From a bacterium (GTDB lineage Bacteria > UBA8248), in contig CBDATS010000004.1 of NCBI GenBank assembly GCA_965200245.1, forward strand, positions 352,001-416,000: a stretch of DNA of 64,000 nucleotides, written 5' to 3'. Shown one piece after another: positions 21,275 through 31,270 of this stretch. Positions within the stretch are counted from its first letter, which is position 1, and each line of letters starts with the position of its first letter. Under the pieces are notes generated by a model. That model saw only the letters and a list, made by a program, of their open reading frames with translations, did not search any database and was not told the DNA's origin. The translations under genes were made by a program, and so were the position numbers.

Positions 21275-21559
21275 TTATAGCCTCTCGAGTACCTTCACGA
21301 GCGCAGCATTTGAATTGTTGAGACCTTCCATCGTCTTGTCGAGACCTTCCATACTCTTCGCAAGCGCGGCATTTGAATCTCTTAATCCTTTTGTATTTTC
21401 GGCCATCGTTTCCATAGTTTGCTGAAGGGCCCTGTTCAGGACTTCAGATGCTTCCGAGCGTTCTTCATTTGCCTGCATCATGGCGTAAATGCCATACCCG
21501 ATAACAACAGGTGTTATCGAACCTGCAATGCGTTCAACTATCTCCAACATTTCTATCAT
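21275..21559 (-). CDS. Small membrane-anchored coiled-coil protein with heptad repeats
   Basis: GAGGA RBS; hydrophobic N-terminus (PVVIGYGIYAM), repeated MEGL and SNAAL units. Confidence 0.6.
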   Translation of the reverse strand: MIEMLEIVERIAGSITPVVIGYGIYAMMQANEERSEASEVLNRALQQTMETMAENTKGLRDSNAALAKSMEGLDKTMEGLNNSNAALVKVLERL

Positions 21560-22065
21560 CGTTTCCTCTTGGCAGGGACGCCTCCATCGCACGATACGTT
21601 TTTCTTACTATAACAGAAAATTACTCGCGATCCATCCATTCCTCGGCAACGTCGAACAATTCATCCACAGCCGCGTCCTCTGCTTTTGGGACATACCTCT
21701 TGACGTATTCCAGAATGGCTCTTTCCAAGTTTCTGTTTTCCTCACTCTCTTCCCGATAATCCCCTGGATCGTTGGTTGTTTCTCCAAAATAAGAACAGTG
21801 TCATGTTGATTAAGGAGAAATTGAACGAAACATGGATATGCCCTTCAGGAATCTATTCAACACCCCGAAGCCGGATAAATTGCCCTCGCCAGCCAGGGAA
21901 AACCTGAACCGGAAATTCAGAATCGTATTTGATTCCAGGAACACCCCGATTTTTGAAGAGGTTGATTGACGGGATTCATAAGGGGTTTGTCAACTTTCGG
22001 TTGCAAGTCCCGAAAATTGCGTACCGACGTGTTCCTCATCTATGGACCATGCAACCGCTCCTTCA

Positions 22066-24429
22066 TCAGTCGCGATTGAACCCCTGTTTCCCCGCGCGGT
22101 TATCCCTCGCCCGCTTCCCTTTCATCAGGAACGCGCCCAGGGCGGGCAGGAGCGCGATTGCACCCACCATATTGACCAGAAACATGAACGAGAGCACCGT
22201 GCCCATGTCCGCCTGTAGCTTGAGCGGCGCGAATATCCAGGTCGCCACCCCCATCGCCAGCGTGAGGCCGGTAAGCACCACGCCCGCTCCTGTGGTAGAG
22301 AGGGTACGCTCATACGCCTCGGCGAAATCGAGTCCATCTCTCATATGGGCGAGCAGCCGCCCGCAGATGTAAATCCCGTAATCCACGCCGATGCCGACCC
22401 CCAACGCCACCACCGGCAGGGTGGAGACCTTGAGGCCGATTTCCAGAAACGCCATCAGTGCGTAGGCAAGGAGCGAAACAAGCGCCAGGGGCGCGATGAT
22501 GCAGACAGTTGCCGCCACGGAACGGAACGAGAGAAGGCACAGCAGGATGACCGCCGCAAAGACGTAGCCCAGCATCGGGAACTGCGATGCTTCTATCTCC
22601 TCGTTTGTCGCCGCCATCACGCCGACGTTCCCTGCGGCGAGGCGGAATGCGATCTGTTCGTCGTGCTCCGCTGTGTTGAACGCCTTTACTGCGGAGACGA
22701 CCCGGCGGATTGTCTGCGCCTTGTGGTCGGCGGTGTAAATGAGTACGGGCATCGCCGAGCAGTCTCCGTTCAGCAGTCCCGTGCTCGTCGGCACGAGGGA
22801 GACTGACTCGGCGAACGCGTGTCGGTTTCGCGGCAGCGCGCGCCACTTGAGGTTGCCCTCGTTCCAGCCCGCGTTCAGCTTGCGGACGATGCCGGGGAGC
22901 GCGACCACCGAGCGCACGCCCTCCACGTTGCGCATGCGCCACTCGAACTCGTCGATCAGGCGCATCACCCTGTAATCCACACAGCCTTGCGGTATGGTCT
23001 CCACGATCACCGTCAACACGTCCACGCCGATGTTGAATCGATCGACGATGGCGGCGGTATCGAGGTTGTAGGTGGAGTGCGCGCGCAATTCGGGTACTCC
23101 CTGGTGCTGATCGCCCACGCGCACCTCCGGTGCGTAACGCACCCCGAAAGCGAGCAGGGCAACGGCGACGGCTATCGTCGCAATTGCGGGTCGCGGCCGG
23201 GCCGCCTGTGCCGCGCGCTTCCAGAAACCTTCCAGAAGTCCGGGTGAAACCTTGTCTTCCCCCTTCCCTTCTCCCTTGAGATAGGAAAGCGCAACGGGCA
23301 AAAGCCCCAGATTCGTCAGGATGATCGCCGCCACGCCCAGGCTCGCGGTGACGGCGACCTCCTGGATGACGCGCACGGGAATGAGCGCGATGGCCACGAA
23401 ACCAATGGCGTCTGACGCCAGAGCCACCGCGCCCGGCAGCAGCAGCCTGCGAAAGCTCGTCCGAGCGGCGCTCAGACCGCCACCCCCTTCGGTCTGGACC
23501 CCGTTCACCATCTGCACCCCGTGGCTCACCCCGATGGCAAAGACCAGAAACGGCACCAGGATCGACATGGGGTCGACGCCGAAACCCAGGCCCGCGAGCG
23601 CGCCGAGCTGCCAGACGACCGCCACGAGAGAGCACGCAAGCGGCATCGCCGTGAGACGGAGCGATCGGGTGTAGGCGTATACGAAAAGCGCGGTGATCAC
23701 CACGGCGAGTCCGAAGAACAGGAGCACCTGGGCTGCGCCTTCTGCGATCTCGCCCACGACTTTCGCGAAACCGATGATGTGGACGTTCGCCACACCGCCG
23801 GCTTCTGCGTCACGGCGTATGACCTCGAGCACCCGCGCGACTTCCAGGTAGTCGAGCCGCTCGCCTGTGTCGGGGTGAAACTCCTGAAGTCTCGCGCTCA
23901 CGAGCGCACCCGAGAAATCATTCGCCACCAGCCGCCCCACGATGCCCGCCTTGATGATGTTCTCACGTACCCGCGCGAGACCTGCTTTCGTAGGCCGAAA
24001 ATCCGGGGGCAGCACGTTGCCCGCGACGATGCCGTCCTCGACCACTTCGTTGTAGCGCACGTTCGGCGTCACCACGGAATAGACCTGTGTGCGGTCGACA
24101 CCTGGCAAGAAAAATACGGCGTCATTCACCTTCTGGAGAAGCGCGAAGAACTCCGGCGTGAAGATGTCGCCCTTGCGTGCCACGAGAGCTACCGCTACGC
24201 GGTCGGCACCACCGAACGCTGCACGATGCTTGACGAAGGTGCGCATATACTCGTGTTCGAGCGGGATCAGCTTGGTGAAACCCGCATCGACGCGAAGCCC
24301 CGAGGCCAGCCAGGCCATCGCCAGCGTGAGGATCAGAAACGCCGCGAGCACCCACCCACGGCGCGAGAACAGCGCGCGCTCGAGCCAGGCCGCGACGGCA
24401 GACGTTTCGGGAGAGGAAGCGTCCGTCAT
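22066..24429 (-). CDS. RND/MMPL-family inner-membrane transporter
   Basis: Two-fold repeated TM architecture; PFLVFAIGVSHGVQ and GVGIGVDYGIY motifs. Confidence 0.92.
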   Translation of the reverse strand: MTDASSPETSAVAAWLERALFSRRGWVLAAFLILTLAMAWLASGLRVDAGFTKLIPLEHEYMRTFVKHRAAFGGADRVAVALVARKGDIFTPEFFALLQKVNDAVFFLPGVDRTQVYSVVTPNVRYNEVVEDGIVAGNVLPPDFRPTKAGLARVRENIIKAGIVGRLVANDFSGALVSARLQEFHPDTGERLDYLEVARVLEVIRRDAEAGGVANVHIIGFAKVVGEIAEGAAQVLLFFGLAVVITALFVYAYTRSLRLTAMPLACSLVAVVWQLGALAGLGFGVDPMSILVPFLVFAIGVSHGVQMVNGVQTEGGGGLSAARTSFRRLLLPGAVALASDAIGFVAIALIPVRVIQEVAVTASLGVAAIILTNLGLLPVALSYLKGEGKGEDKVSPGLLEGFWKRAAQAARPRPAIATIAVAVALLAFGVRYAPEVRVGDQHQGVPELRAHSTYNLDTAAIVDRFNIGVDVLTVIVETIPQGCVDYRVMRLIDEFEWRMRNVEGVRSVVALPGIVRKLNAGWNEGNLKWRALPRNRHAFAESVSLVPTSTGLLNGDCSAMPVLIYTADHKAQTIRRVVSAVKAFNTAEHDEQIAFRLAAGNVGVMAATNEEIEASQFPMLGYVFAAVILLCLLSFRSVAATVCIIAPLALVSLLAYALMAFLEIGLKVSTLPVVALGVGIGVDYGIYICGRLLAHMRDGLDFAEAYERTLSTTGAGVVLTGLTLAMGVATWIFAPLKLQADMGTVLSFMFLVNMVGAIALLPALGAFLMKGKRARDNRAGKQGFNRD

Positions 24430-24439
24430 ATGGAAGGGG

Positions 24440-25414
24440 CTATTCCGCCCTGAGCATGCGCCTGACTCCGAACTCGCCGAGCAGCAATATCCGCCCGCCG
24501 GGCAGGGCGAGCGCTTTCGATATTCCCAGGCGGGAAGTCAGCGGCTTGAAGGCCGCGTGTGTCGATACCCTGCGCCCGCCGTCGCGGCTTACGAACAGGA
24601 CGCCTTCCAGACCTGTGACAAGCATCAGGTCGGGCTCCACGAGCAGTGCCCCCGTGAGGGTCGCCTTCGTCTGTGTACGAACTCGGATCCAGCTTTCGCC
24701 CCCGTTTTCGGTGCGATACATGCTGCCCCTGAGACCGAACAGCAACAATCGCTCCGCATCGAGCGCGAGTGCGGAGAACCACGAACCCGTGTAGGGCGAA
24801 GACAGCCTGCGCCAGGTGTCGCCGCCGTCGTCGCTTCGGTAGATCGATCCTGCTTCACCTGCGATGAACAGACGCGAAGGCCCTGCAGGAACGATGACGT
24901 TCAGGTGAAAATCGTCCTTGTCGATGGTTCGCGGCTTCCAGGTGCGCCCGCCATCGGTGGTGCCCAGAAAATAGCCGTACGCCCCCACGGCGAAGCCCAC
25001 CCGCTCGTCCCGGAACCAGACGTCGAGCAGGGGGCGTTCTTCTTCGGGCGCGTGATGCGCCACGCTCCAGTTCAACCCGCCGTCCCCGGTGCGCAGCACA
25101 AGCCCGTCGTGACCGACAGCCCAGCCGATGCGCGCATCGTGCATGTGCACCGCCGTAAGCAGTGCGCGCACGGGCACACGGGACTGCCGCCAGTTGGCAC
25201 CACCATCAGCGGAAACCAGCACATGGCCGCGCTCGCCAACCACCACGACGCGAGATCCTGCGAACGCGCCGTCAGTCAGCAGGGATTTCGGGGCGAGCCG
25301 TGCCTTGATGGCCGGCTGCGCGCCCGCCGCTCCGAAGGAAAGCAGGCAGGCGAGAAAGCCGGGAAGGAGGCTTCGCCGCAGTCTTTCGGAAATTCCAGAT
25401 GCCCTGTGCTTCAT
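24440..25414 (-). CDS. YCF48/BNR-repeat beta-propeller periplasmic protein
   Basis: Repeated S/T-x-D-G-G-x-T/S/N-W boxes; VVGERG, AVGHDG and AVGAYG motifs. Confidence 0.9.
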   Translation of the reverse strand: MKHRASGISERLRRSLLPGFLACLLSFGAAGAQPAIKARLAPKSLLTDGAFAGSRVVVVGERGHVLVSADGGANWRQSRVPVRALLTAVHMHDARIGWAVGHDGLVLRTGDGGLNWSVAHHAPEEERPLLDVWFRDERVGFAVGAYGYFLGTTDGGRTWKPRTIDKDDFHLNVIVPAGPSRLFIAGEAGSIYRSDDGGDTWRRLSSPYTGSWFSALALDAERLLLFGLRGSMYRTENGGESWIRVRTQTKATLTGALLVEPDLMLVTGLEGVLFVSRDGGRRVSTHAAFKPLTSRLGISKALALPGGRILLLGEFGVRRMLRAE

Positions 25415-26769
25415 CTCCTGCCCATGCGACGCAGGGCCGAGGGGAGGAAATCCTTTTCAGAATAGGTCGTGGAGTTGATGCTCATGGGATATTCGTTGTT
25501 CAGACCCAGCGCGAGGTAGCGACCGGCCTGCAAATCGGTGTGCACCTCAAGGGTATAGCCCATCAGGGGTATTTCGTAATAGTTGATGACATGGCCTTCC
25601 GACACGCGCCAGAGCTGGTCCCGGTTGTCGTAGATATCGACGAGCAGGATCATCCACGAATCCTCATCCACGTAGAAGCGCCGTTTCTTGTAGAGGTGAC
25701 GCGCTCCTTCCTTGAGCGTCGCCTCGACCACCCAGACGCGGTGCAGTTCGTAGCGCAGATACTTCGGGTTGACGTGCAAGGGTTTCAAGACGTCGGCGAA
25801 TGTAATCTTGTCGCTGTGGAGCTTGTAGCTGTTGTAGGGCACGTACATCTCGCGCTTGCCGAGAAGTTTCCAGTCGTAGCGGTCGAGCGCGCCGTTGAAC
25901 ATGTCGAACTGATCGCTCGTGCGCAGTCCGTCTGAGGCGGTTCCGGGGTTGTCATAGGCGACGTTGGGCGCGCGCCGCACCCGTCGCTGGCCAGGATTGT
26001 ACACCCAGGCGTGCCGTGGCTCGGCGACCTGGTTGAGCGTCTCGTGTGCCAGCAGAATCCGTCCTGCGAGGCGCGCAGGTGCCGCGACCTTCTGGCGGTA
26101 GAGAATCATCCGGTTGTCGAGTTTCGCCTCCGTCATGCCCGGCAGGGAATAGCGCCCGACAAATGCGTCCTCAAACCTCACGAGTGTATAGTCGCCGCTC
26201 CGTGTGACGGCGGCCTGTCCGATGACACGCGTGGTGGCCTCGCCACGGTAACGCAGCAGGTGATTCCAGATCACCTGCTCGCCGTTTTTGGGAATCGGGA
26301 AGGGGAGCCCGATCACGGCTCCCGTCACGCCGCTGCCCCCTGCCACGAGTTTCGCGGTGGTGGCGACGCGGCGGGTGGCGTCGTAGATGCGCTTCGGGTA
26401 TGTGGCGCTGCGGCGAGTCGGATAGACTGGAAGCCTGAGCGTCGGGTAGGTCTCCACCATCTTCTGGAGCCCGGCGGAGAGTTTTCCCCGATATTTGTCG
26501 AGGTTCGCGCGGGTGATGGTGAACAGAGGGTTGTCGCCGGGATAGGGGTCGGGATGGTGGTCACCATCCTTGTATCCTGCCGGCGGGCTGGTGATACCAC
26601 CCTTCCACTCCGGGATGGTGCCGCTTGCGTTGCCCGCCCGCACCGCGCCCAGAGGGGTCAGATCCTTGCCGAGTCTGGTTACCGCATCACTGGAAATCGC
26701 GGCGGAGGCGCCGGTCGCGACGAGGGTGAGGAGCATCGCGACACCGATTCTCGTTATGATTGTTTTCAT
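25411..26769 (-). CDS. DUF1329 periplasmic (LolA-like) protein
   Basis: Signal peptide; LTPLGA.RAGN..GTIPEW.GG, PFPIPKNG, AWVYNPGQRRVRRAP and RYELHRVWVVEA motifs. Confidence 0.92.
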   Translation of the reverse strand: MKTIITRIGVAMLLTLVATGASAAISSDAVTRLGKDLTPLGAVRAGNASGTIPEWKGGITSPPAGYKDGDHHPDPYPGDNPLFTITRANLDKYRGKLSAGLQKMVETYPTLRLPVYPTRRSATYPKRIYDATRRVATTAKLVAGGSGVTGAVIGLPFPIPKNGEQVIWNHLLRYRGEATTRVIGQAAVTRSGDYTLVRFEDAFVGRYSLPGMTEAKLDNRMILYRQKVAAPARLAGRILLAHETLNQVAEPRHAWVYNPGQRRVRRAPNVAYDNPGTASDGLRTSDQFDMFNGALDRYDWKLLGKREMYVPYNSYKLHSDKITFADVLKPLHVNPKYLRYELHRVWVVEATLKEGARHLYKKRRFYVDEDSWMILLVDIYDNRDQLWRVSEGHVINYYEIPLMGYTLEVHTDLQAGRYLALGLNNEYPMSINSTTYSEKDFLPSALRRMGRR

Positions 26770-26798
26770 GACGGTTACTCCACTTTCATCGCTATCGA

Positions 26799-29045
26799 TC
26801 AGAACAGGTATTTGACGGTGGCGGTGAAGAAATCGCGGTCGCTCGCCTGGTTGAATCTTCCGGCGCCGGCGAACATGGTGTAGCTCAAGTCGAACTGCCA
26901 GCGATTGAGATAACTCGCGCCCATCCCGAGCGTCAGCGCGATGCGATCTTCCACGAACGGCCCACCGGGGCCGGGGCTGGTGCCCTTCACGTCATGCTGG
27001 AGCGAGACGCGCGGCGAGACGTTCACCGCGCCGATGGCGCTCAGGTAATCCAGACGCGCCGCCAGACGGTAACCATAGGAAGTGGCACTTGCAAAGCGAT
27101 CCTGCGGATCCGCAGGCAGACCTGCGTGCGCACCCCCAGGCATTGAATGAAAGGGCTCCCCGCTCGTATACGTGCCAGGTCCCTCAAGGCGCAGTACGCT
27201 TCTGTCGGGCATGTCGTGTACGTACATGAGCGCCGCTTCCGCGATGAACGCCAGGCTGTTCGATCCCAACGTGGGGCCGAATACCTTGGTGGCCGTGGCC
27301 TGAATCTGGCTCACGTCACGCTCAATGTAGCCTTTGATGTACTCCTCCGGGCCGAGGCCGCCCGGAGCGACCTGATTCCGGCAATAGGAAAAGGGGCTCG
27401 TGGCGGCGCATGGTGGCCCGCCCGGAGCGGCGGCGGTGAGCGGCGTCAGGGCAGCGAAGAAAAGTTCGGCGTCGTCTATCTGCAAAGGAGTATTGATGCG
27501 GTGGGAGAGTTCTCCCTGCAGCGCCCACCCCGAGGTTCCGAGCTGGGTGTTGAAGCTCACGCCCAGGAGTTGGATGTCTTCCGGGTATTCAACAAGGTAG
27601 TTCGCCGTCTTCAAGTAACGGTCGATGGCAAGAGGACCTGCAACGGCGGCGATCTGGGCGGCGACCTGGCTGGCAACCACGCCGGGAACCCGTTCGGCAA
27701 CCTCCTGCTGGATTGCCGCCTGAATGGCCGCGGGCGGGGTGCCAGGCGGAGCAGATGCAGTGACCGCGGCGGTGACCTGCTGGGTTACCGCCGCGGTCAC
27801 CGCCGGGGTAACAGCCTGCGCAATCGCGCCTGTCGTTATGGAACCCCTGGCTACCGCCCCCAGCGCGAAGAGACCATCCGCCACACCCTGCGCAGTTCCT
27901 GTGCGTCCGCTCAGGACGGGCAGGCGGCTGTGGTAGTTCAGTAAATAGAAACCGAATTCGGTATTGTTGAGACCTTGGGCGAGGTAGCGTAATGCAACTC
28001 CCCACTGGCCCGAATCTTCTGGTTCGTTATCCGGCCCGCGGAACACGTTCAGGAAATAGGGATCGAAGTCCGGTTGCGTCTTCTGGGGCAAGGGAATCAG
28101 GGTTCCGGGCACCACAGGGCTGGGTATACGAAAACCCTGAAGGTCGGCGTTGACCGCCGCCGTGATGGGCCCGAGTCCTCGGCCGGTGTCGGGGACGGCA
28201 CCCCAGCCGAGCACGACTCTCCTCCCTCCCGCGCCTGCGAAGTCGCTCGTCGAGAAGAAACTGCCAGGCGGATCGATCTCCGTCTTGTCCCACTTCACCT
28301 GGTAGAAACCCTCCACCGAGAGAGCATCGCCCAGCACGGCCGAGACGGAGACCATCGGAACGGGCACGAGCCCGTCGCGCAACTCCGCGCCCGGCGTTCT
28401 CAGCTTGGTCACGTCGAAGGGGTTGATGACGTTGATGCTGTTCTGGATGAAGGTGCTCTCGCCCCAACTCAGAACGTGATTCCCGACGCGCAGGTCCACC
28501 GCAGCGCCACCCAAGTCGAATGAACCGGTGAGGTAGAGATCGAGGATTTCAAAGTCTTTTCCGATCAGATCCTTCGCTTCGGGCGAGAGCTCGCCCCGCG
28601 CCCTCTCGCCGCTTTGGTTCTCGAAGTCGAAAAATCCGTGCACGCGGGTGAAAGCGCCGAAGTTCCGGTAGTTCAAGTCGAGTTCTCCGATGAACTTCGA
28701 CGCGTTGCTCACGATACCGGTATCGTAGTTGAGGTTTCCGTCATCCGCGTTGACCGAGGTCGCCGTACCGCTGTTGGCGGAGCCGATCAGGTTCTTGTCT
28801 CGATCCTGGGTGCGAAAAGTGAGCCCGTGCGACAGCGTGATGTCGAGACTGCCCTCAAGTTCACCCTGCCGGAAATTCTCGGCGCCCGCGGGCGTGGCAC
28901 TCAGAACGAAGGCCAGGGCCAGTGCAAAGGCCGCAAGGCGAAACAAACGGGAGATGGGTCCGAAACCGTCCTCTTTGGAAAGGCGATTCATCGGTCGCCC
29001 GGCACGGATGCGAAGTGTGAAGCGGCTGGAGTGAACAGGATGCAT
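26799..29045 (-). CDS. DUF1302 outer-membrane beta-barrel protein
   Basis: NADDGNLNY, WGESTFI, YPEDIQLLGVSFNT and C-terminal DRDF....VKYLF; alternative start at 28991. Confidence 0.9.
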   Translation of the reverse strand: MHPVHSSRFTLRIRAGRPMNRLSKEDGFGPISRLFRLAAFALALAFVLSATPAGAENFRQGELEGSLDITLSHGLTFRTQDRDKNLIGSANSGTATSVNADDGNLNYDTGIVSNASKFIGELDLNYRNFGAFTRVHGFFDFENQSGERARGELSPEAKDLIGKDFEILDLYLTGSFDLGGAAVDLRVGNHVLSWGESTFIQNSINVINPFDVTKLRTPGAELRDGLVPVPMVSVSAVLGDALSVEGFYQVKWDKTEIDPPGSFFSTSDFAGAGGRRVVLGWGAVPDTGRGLGPITAAVNADLQGFRIPSPVVPGTLIPLPQKTQPDFDPYFLNVFRGPDNEPEDSGQWGVALRYLAQGLNNTEFGFYLLNYHSRLPVLSGRTGTAQGVADGLFALGAVARGSITTGAIAQAVTPAVTAAVTQQVTAAVTASAPPGTPPAAIQAAIQQEVAERVPGVVASQVAAQIAAVAGPLAIDRYLKTANYLVEYPEDIQLLGVSFNTQLGTSGWALQGELSHRINTPLQIDDAELFFAALTPLTAAAPGGPPCAATSPFSYCRNQVAPGGLGPEEYIKGYIERDVSQIQATATKVFGPTLGSNSLAFIAEAALMYVHDMPDRSVLRLEGPGTYTSGEPFHSMPGGAHAGLPADPQDRFASATSYGYRLAARLDYLSAIGAVNVSPRVSLQHDVKGTSPGPGGPFVEDRIALTLGMGASYLNRWQFDLSYTMFAGAGRFNQASDRDFFTATVKYLF

Positions 29046-29116
29046 CCGAGAGCCCCCTTCTTCCGGTCAAGGTTGTTTTATTTCAGAAGTTCGCTTGTTT
29101 TTTCTGATTGAGCACC

Positions 29117-29150
29117 TTGCAACATATATGCAACGTTTCGTGTGAGTCAA
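29117..29150 (-). promoter_or_regulatory. Candidate promoter/operator for the DUF1302 operon
   Basis: Minus strand TTGACT-N18-TATGTT, with inverted repeat TTGCA-N7-TGCAA (29117-29133) over the -10 box. Confidence 0.4.
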
Positions 29151-29286
29151 GACAAATCAAGCGCAACGCCCCGAAAAGCGGCGTCTCGCGGGTGGAGACG
29201 ATCGCGCCGGTGAATCCAGATCACACGGCCCACAGCAACTGCGCGTGCGACCTGCCTGTGCATATGGACCGACCGGGAGAGCAGGG

Positions 29287-30360
29287 CTAGCGAACACGTT
29301 TTCCGTCTGGTTCGAAGAGATAGACGTGTGCCGGATCGAACGTGACATTCAACCGCTCGCCCGCCTTGAAGCGGTCGCTCGCCTCGACGACGGCGATGGT
29401 CGGGCGCTCGGCACCGTGCTCGAAGTAAAGCAGCGTGTCCTTGCCGAGCGGTTCGACGAGTTGGACGTCGCATGAGATGGCGGCTTCCTGGCTTCCCACC
29501 ACCACGTGCTCGGGCCGAACTCCAAGGGTGTAATCCCCGGGAACAACGCCCATGTAGGCATCGGGGAGTTTGAATTCGATGCCGTAGCCGTTGAAGGTTG
29601 CGGAGCCATTCGAGCCCTCTACCTTCCCCGGGATGAGGTTCATGGAGGGGCTGCCGAAGAAATCGGCCACGAAGTAGCTGACCGGATCATTGTAGATTTC
29701 GAGCGGCGTGCCCACCTGTTCGATGACACCCTGGCGCATCACCACGATGCGGTCGGCGAGCGTCATGGCCTCTTCCTGATCGTGCGTGACGTAGACGAAC
29801 GTTTTCTTGAGTTCCTCATGGAGCCTGTCGATCTCGGCGCGCATCTCACGGCGCAGTTTCGCATCCAGGCTGGAAAGCGGCTCGTCCAGCAGGAAGGCGG
29901 CAGGGTCGGTAATGAGGGTGCGGGCCAGGGCGGCGCGCTGCGCCTCGCCGCCCGAGCACTGGGCAGGCAGTTTGTCGAGCAGATGCCCGATGCGCACGAC
30001 ATCGGCCACCTCGCGTACGCGCCGTTTGCGCGTCTCGGGAGGCACCTTCTTCATGCGGGGCCCGAACTCGATGTTCTCCGCAACCGTCTTGTGGGGAAAC
30101 AGGGCGTGTGTCTGGAACACCATGCCGACGCCCCTGCCGCCGGGGTCAATGTCATTCACGAGCCGTCCGTCGATGGTGATGTCGCCGGCGGTGGGTTCCT
30201 CGAAGCCTGCGATCATGCGCAGGGTGGTCGTCTTCCCGCATCCCGAGGGGCCGACGATGACGACGAACTCGCCTTCCTCGATGGTGAAGTCGAGGTTCTT
30301 CACGGCCTCGATGTTCCTGCCGAATACCTTGCGTAAACCCTTGAGTTCGATTCTCGCCAT
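29287..30360 (-). CDS. Carbohydrate-type ABC transporter ATPase (MalK/UgpC-like)
   Basis: GPSGCGKTT, SGGEAQR, LLDEPLS and YVTHDQEEAM motifs; TOBE-like tail. Confidence 0.95.
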   Translation of the reverse strand: MARIELKGLRKVFGRNIEAVKNLDFTIEEGEFVVIVGPSGCGKTTTLRMIAGFEEPTAGDITIDGRLVNDIDPGGRGVGMVFQTHALFPHKTVAENIEFGPRMKKVPPETRKRRVREVADVVRIGHLLDKLPAQCSGGEAQRAALARTLITDPAAFLLDEPLSSLDAKLRREMRAEIDRLHEELKKTFVYVTHDQEEAMTLADRIVVMRQGVIEQVGTPLEIYNDPVSYFVADFFGSPSMNLIPGKVEGSNGSATFNGYGIEFKLPDAYMGVVPGDYTLGVRPEHVVVGSQEAAISCDVQLVEPLGKDTLLYFEHGAERPTIAVVEASDRFKAGERLNVTFDPAHVYLFEPDGKRVR

Positions 30361-30367
30361 TGTCCCC

Positions 30368-31270
30368 TTACCTTTTCACCATTCCAAAAGTGAATCCTCG
30401 CACCAAGTGTTTTCGAATGAAAATGCCGATGATCATGAGCGGCAGAGTGATGCCCACTGCCAAAGCCGCCTGGTGGCCGTAGACGCGGCCTTCGTCGGAC
30501 CCTTCGTATTTCGCCAACTGGACGGGCAGCGTCACAACGTCCACCTTGGAGAGCATGAGGGAGAGCAGATATTCGCTCCACGTCAGGATGAGGATGAACA
30601 GGAACGTCGCCACGATGCCGGAGCGTATGAGCGGGAAAATGACCTCGCGGATAGCCTGCCACTTGGTGGCACCGAGAATCTCGGCGGCCTGTTCGATCTC
30701 GACGGGCACCTCGTCCACGAAGCTCTTCGTCATCCAGACGGAATAGGGCAGCGTGGTGATGAAATAGACTATTACCAGCCCCAATGCCGTGTCCATCAAG
30801 TGGATGGCCGAGTAGTAGAGAGTGAGCGGCGCAGCCACGACGATGGGCGGAATCATTCGCAGCACGAGGAGTTGGAACATGCGCACCTCCGACAGTATCC
30901 GGTAGCGCGAAACCCCGTAGGCTAGGATCGCGCCGAAGGCGACCGAAAGTGCTGTGGCGGTGATGGCGATGGAGAGGCTGTTCCAGAGTGCCTGCCAGGG
31001 TTTGTTCGCCGAGGCCGACTCGTAGCGGGCGGTCTGCGTTTTCAACTCCGTAGCGGAGCGGGGACTCTCGGCCCTGCCCCACACGGCCTGGTAGTTGGCC
31101 CAGGATGCTTCTTCCGACCAGTAGACCGGCGGCCAGGCATGCCACTCCCAGTCGGGCTTGAACGAGGTGGAGACGATCCAGAAAATCGGAAACGCAACGA
31201 TCACCGACCATACGATAAGCATGACATAGCGGAAAATGGTGAACAGGCGCGCCTTCATGACCCGATTCAT
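30368..31270 (-). CDS. Carbohydrate ABC transporter permease (MalG-like)
   Basis: EIEQAAEILGA loop; C-terminal LVRGFTFGMVK. Confidence 0.92.
   Translation of the reverse strand: MNRVMKARLFTIFRYVMLIVWSVIVAFPIFWIVSTSFKPDWEWHAWPPVYWSEEASWANYQAVWGRAESPRSATELKTQTARYESASANKPWQALWNSLSIAITATALSVAFGAILAYGVSRYRILSEVRMFQLLVLRMIPPIVVAAPLTLYYSAIHLMDTALGLVIVYFITTLPYSVWMTKSFVDEVPVEIEQAAEILGATKWQAIREVIFPLIRSGIVATFLFILILTWSEYLLSLMLSKVDVVTLPVQLAKYEGSDEGRVYGHQAALAVGITLPLMIIGIFIRKHLVRGFTFGMVKR

Noticed and set aside
13380-22000. Integron cassette array or CRISPR array as the explanation for the fragment cluster
   Set aside because: No integrase, no recurring attC-like palindromes, no regularly spaced repeats, and mixed gene orientations.
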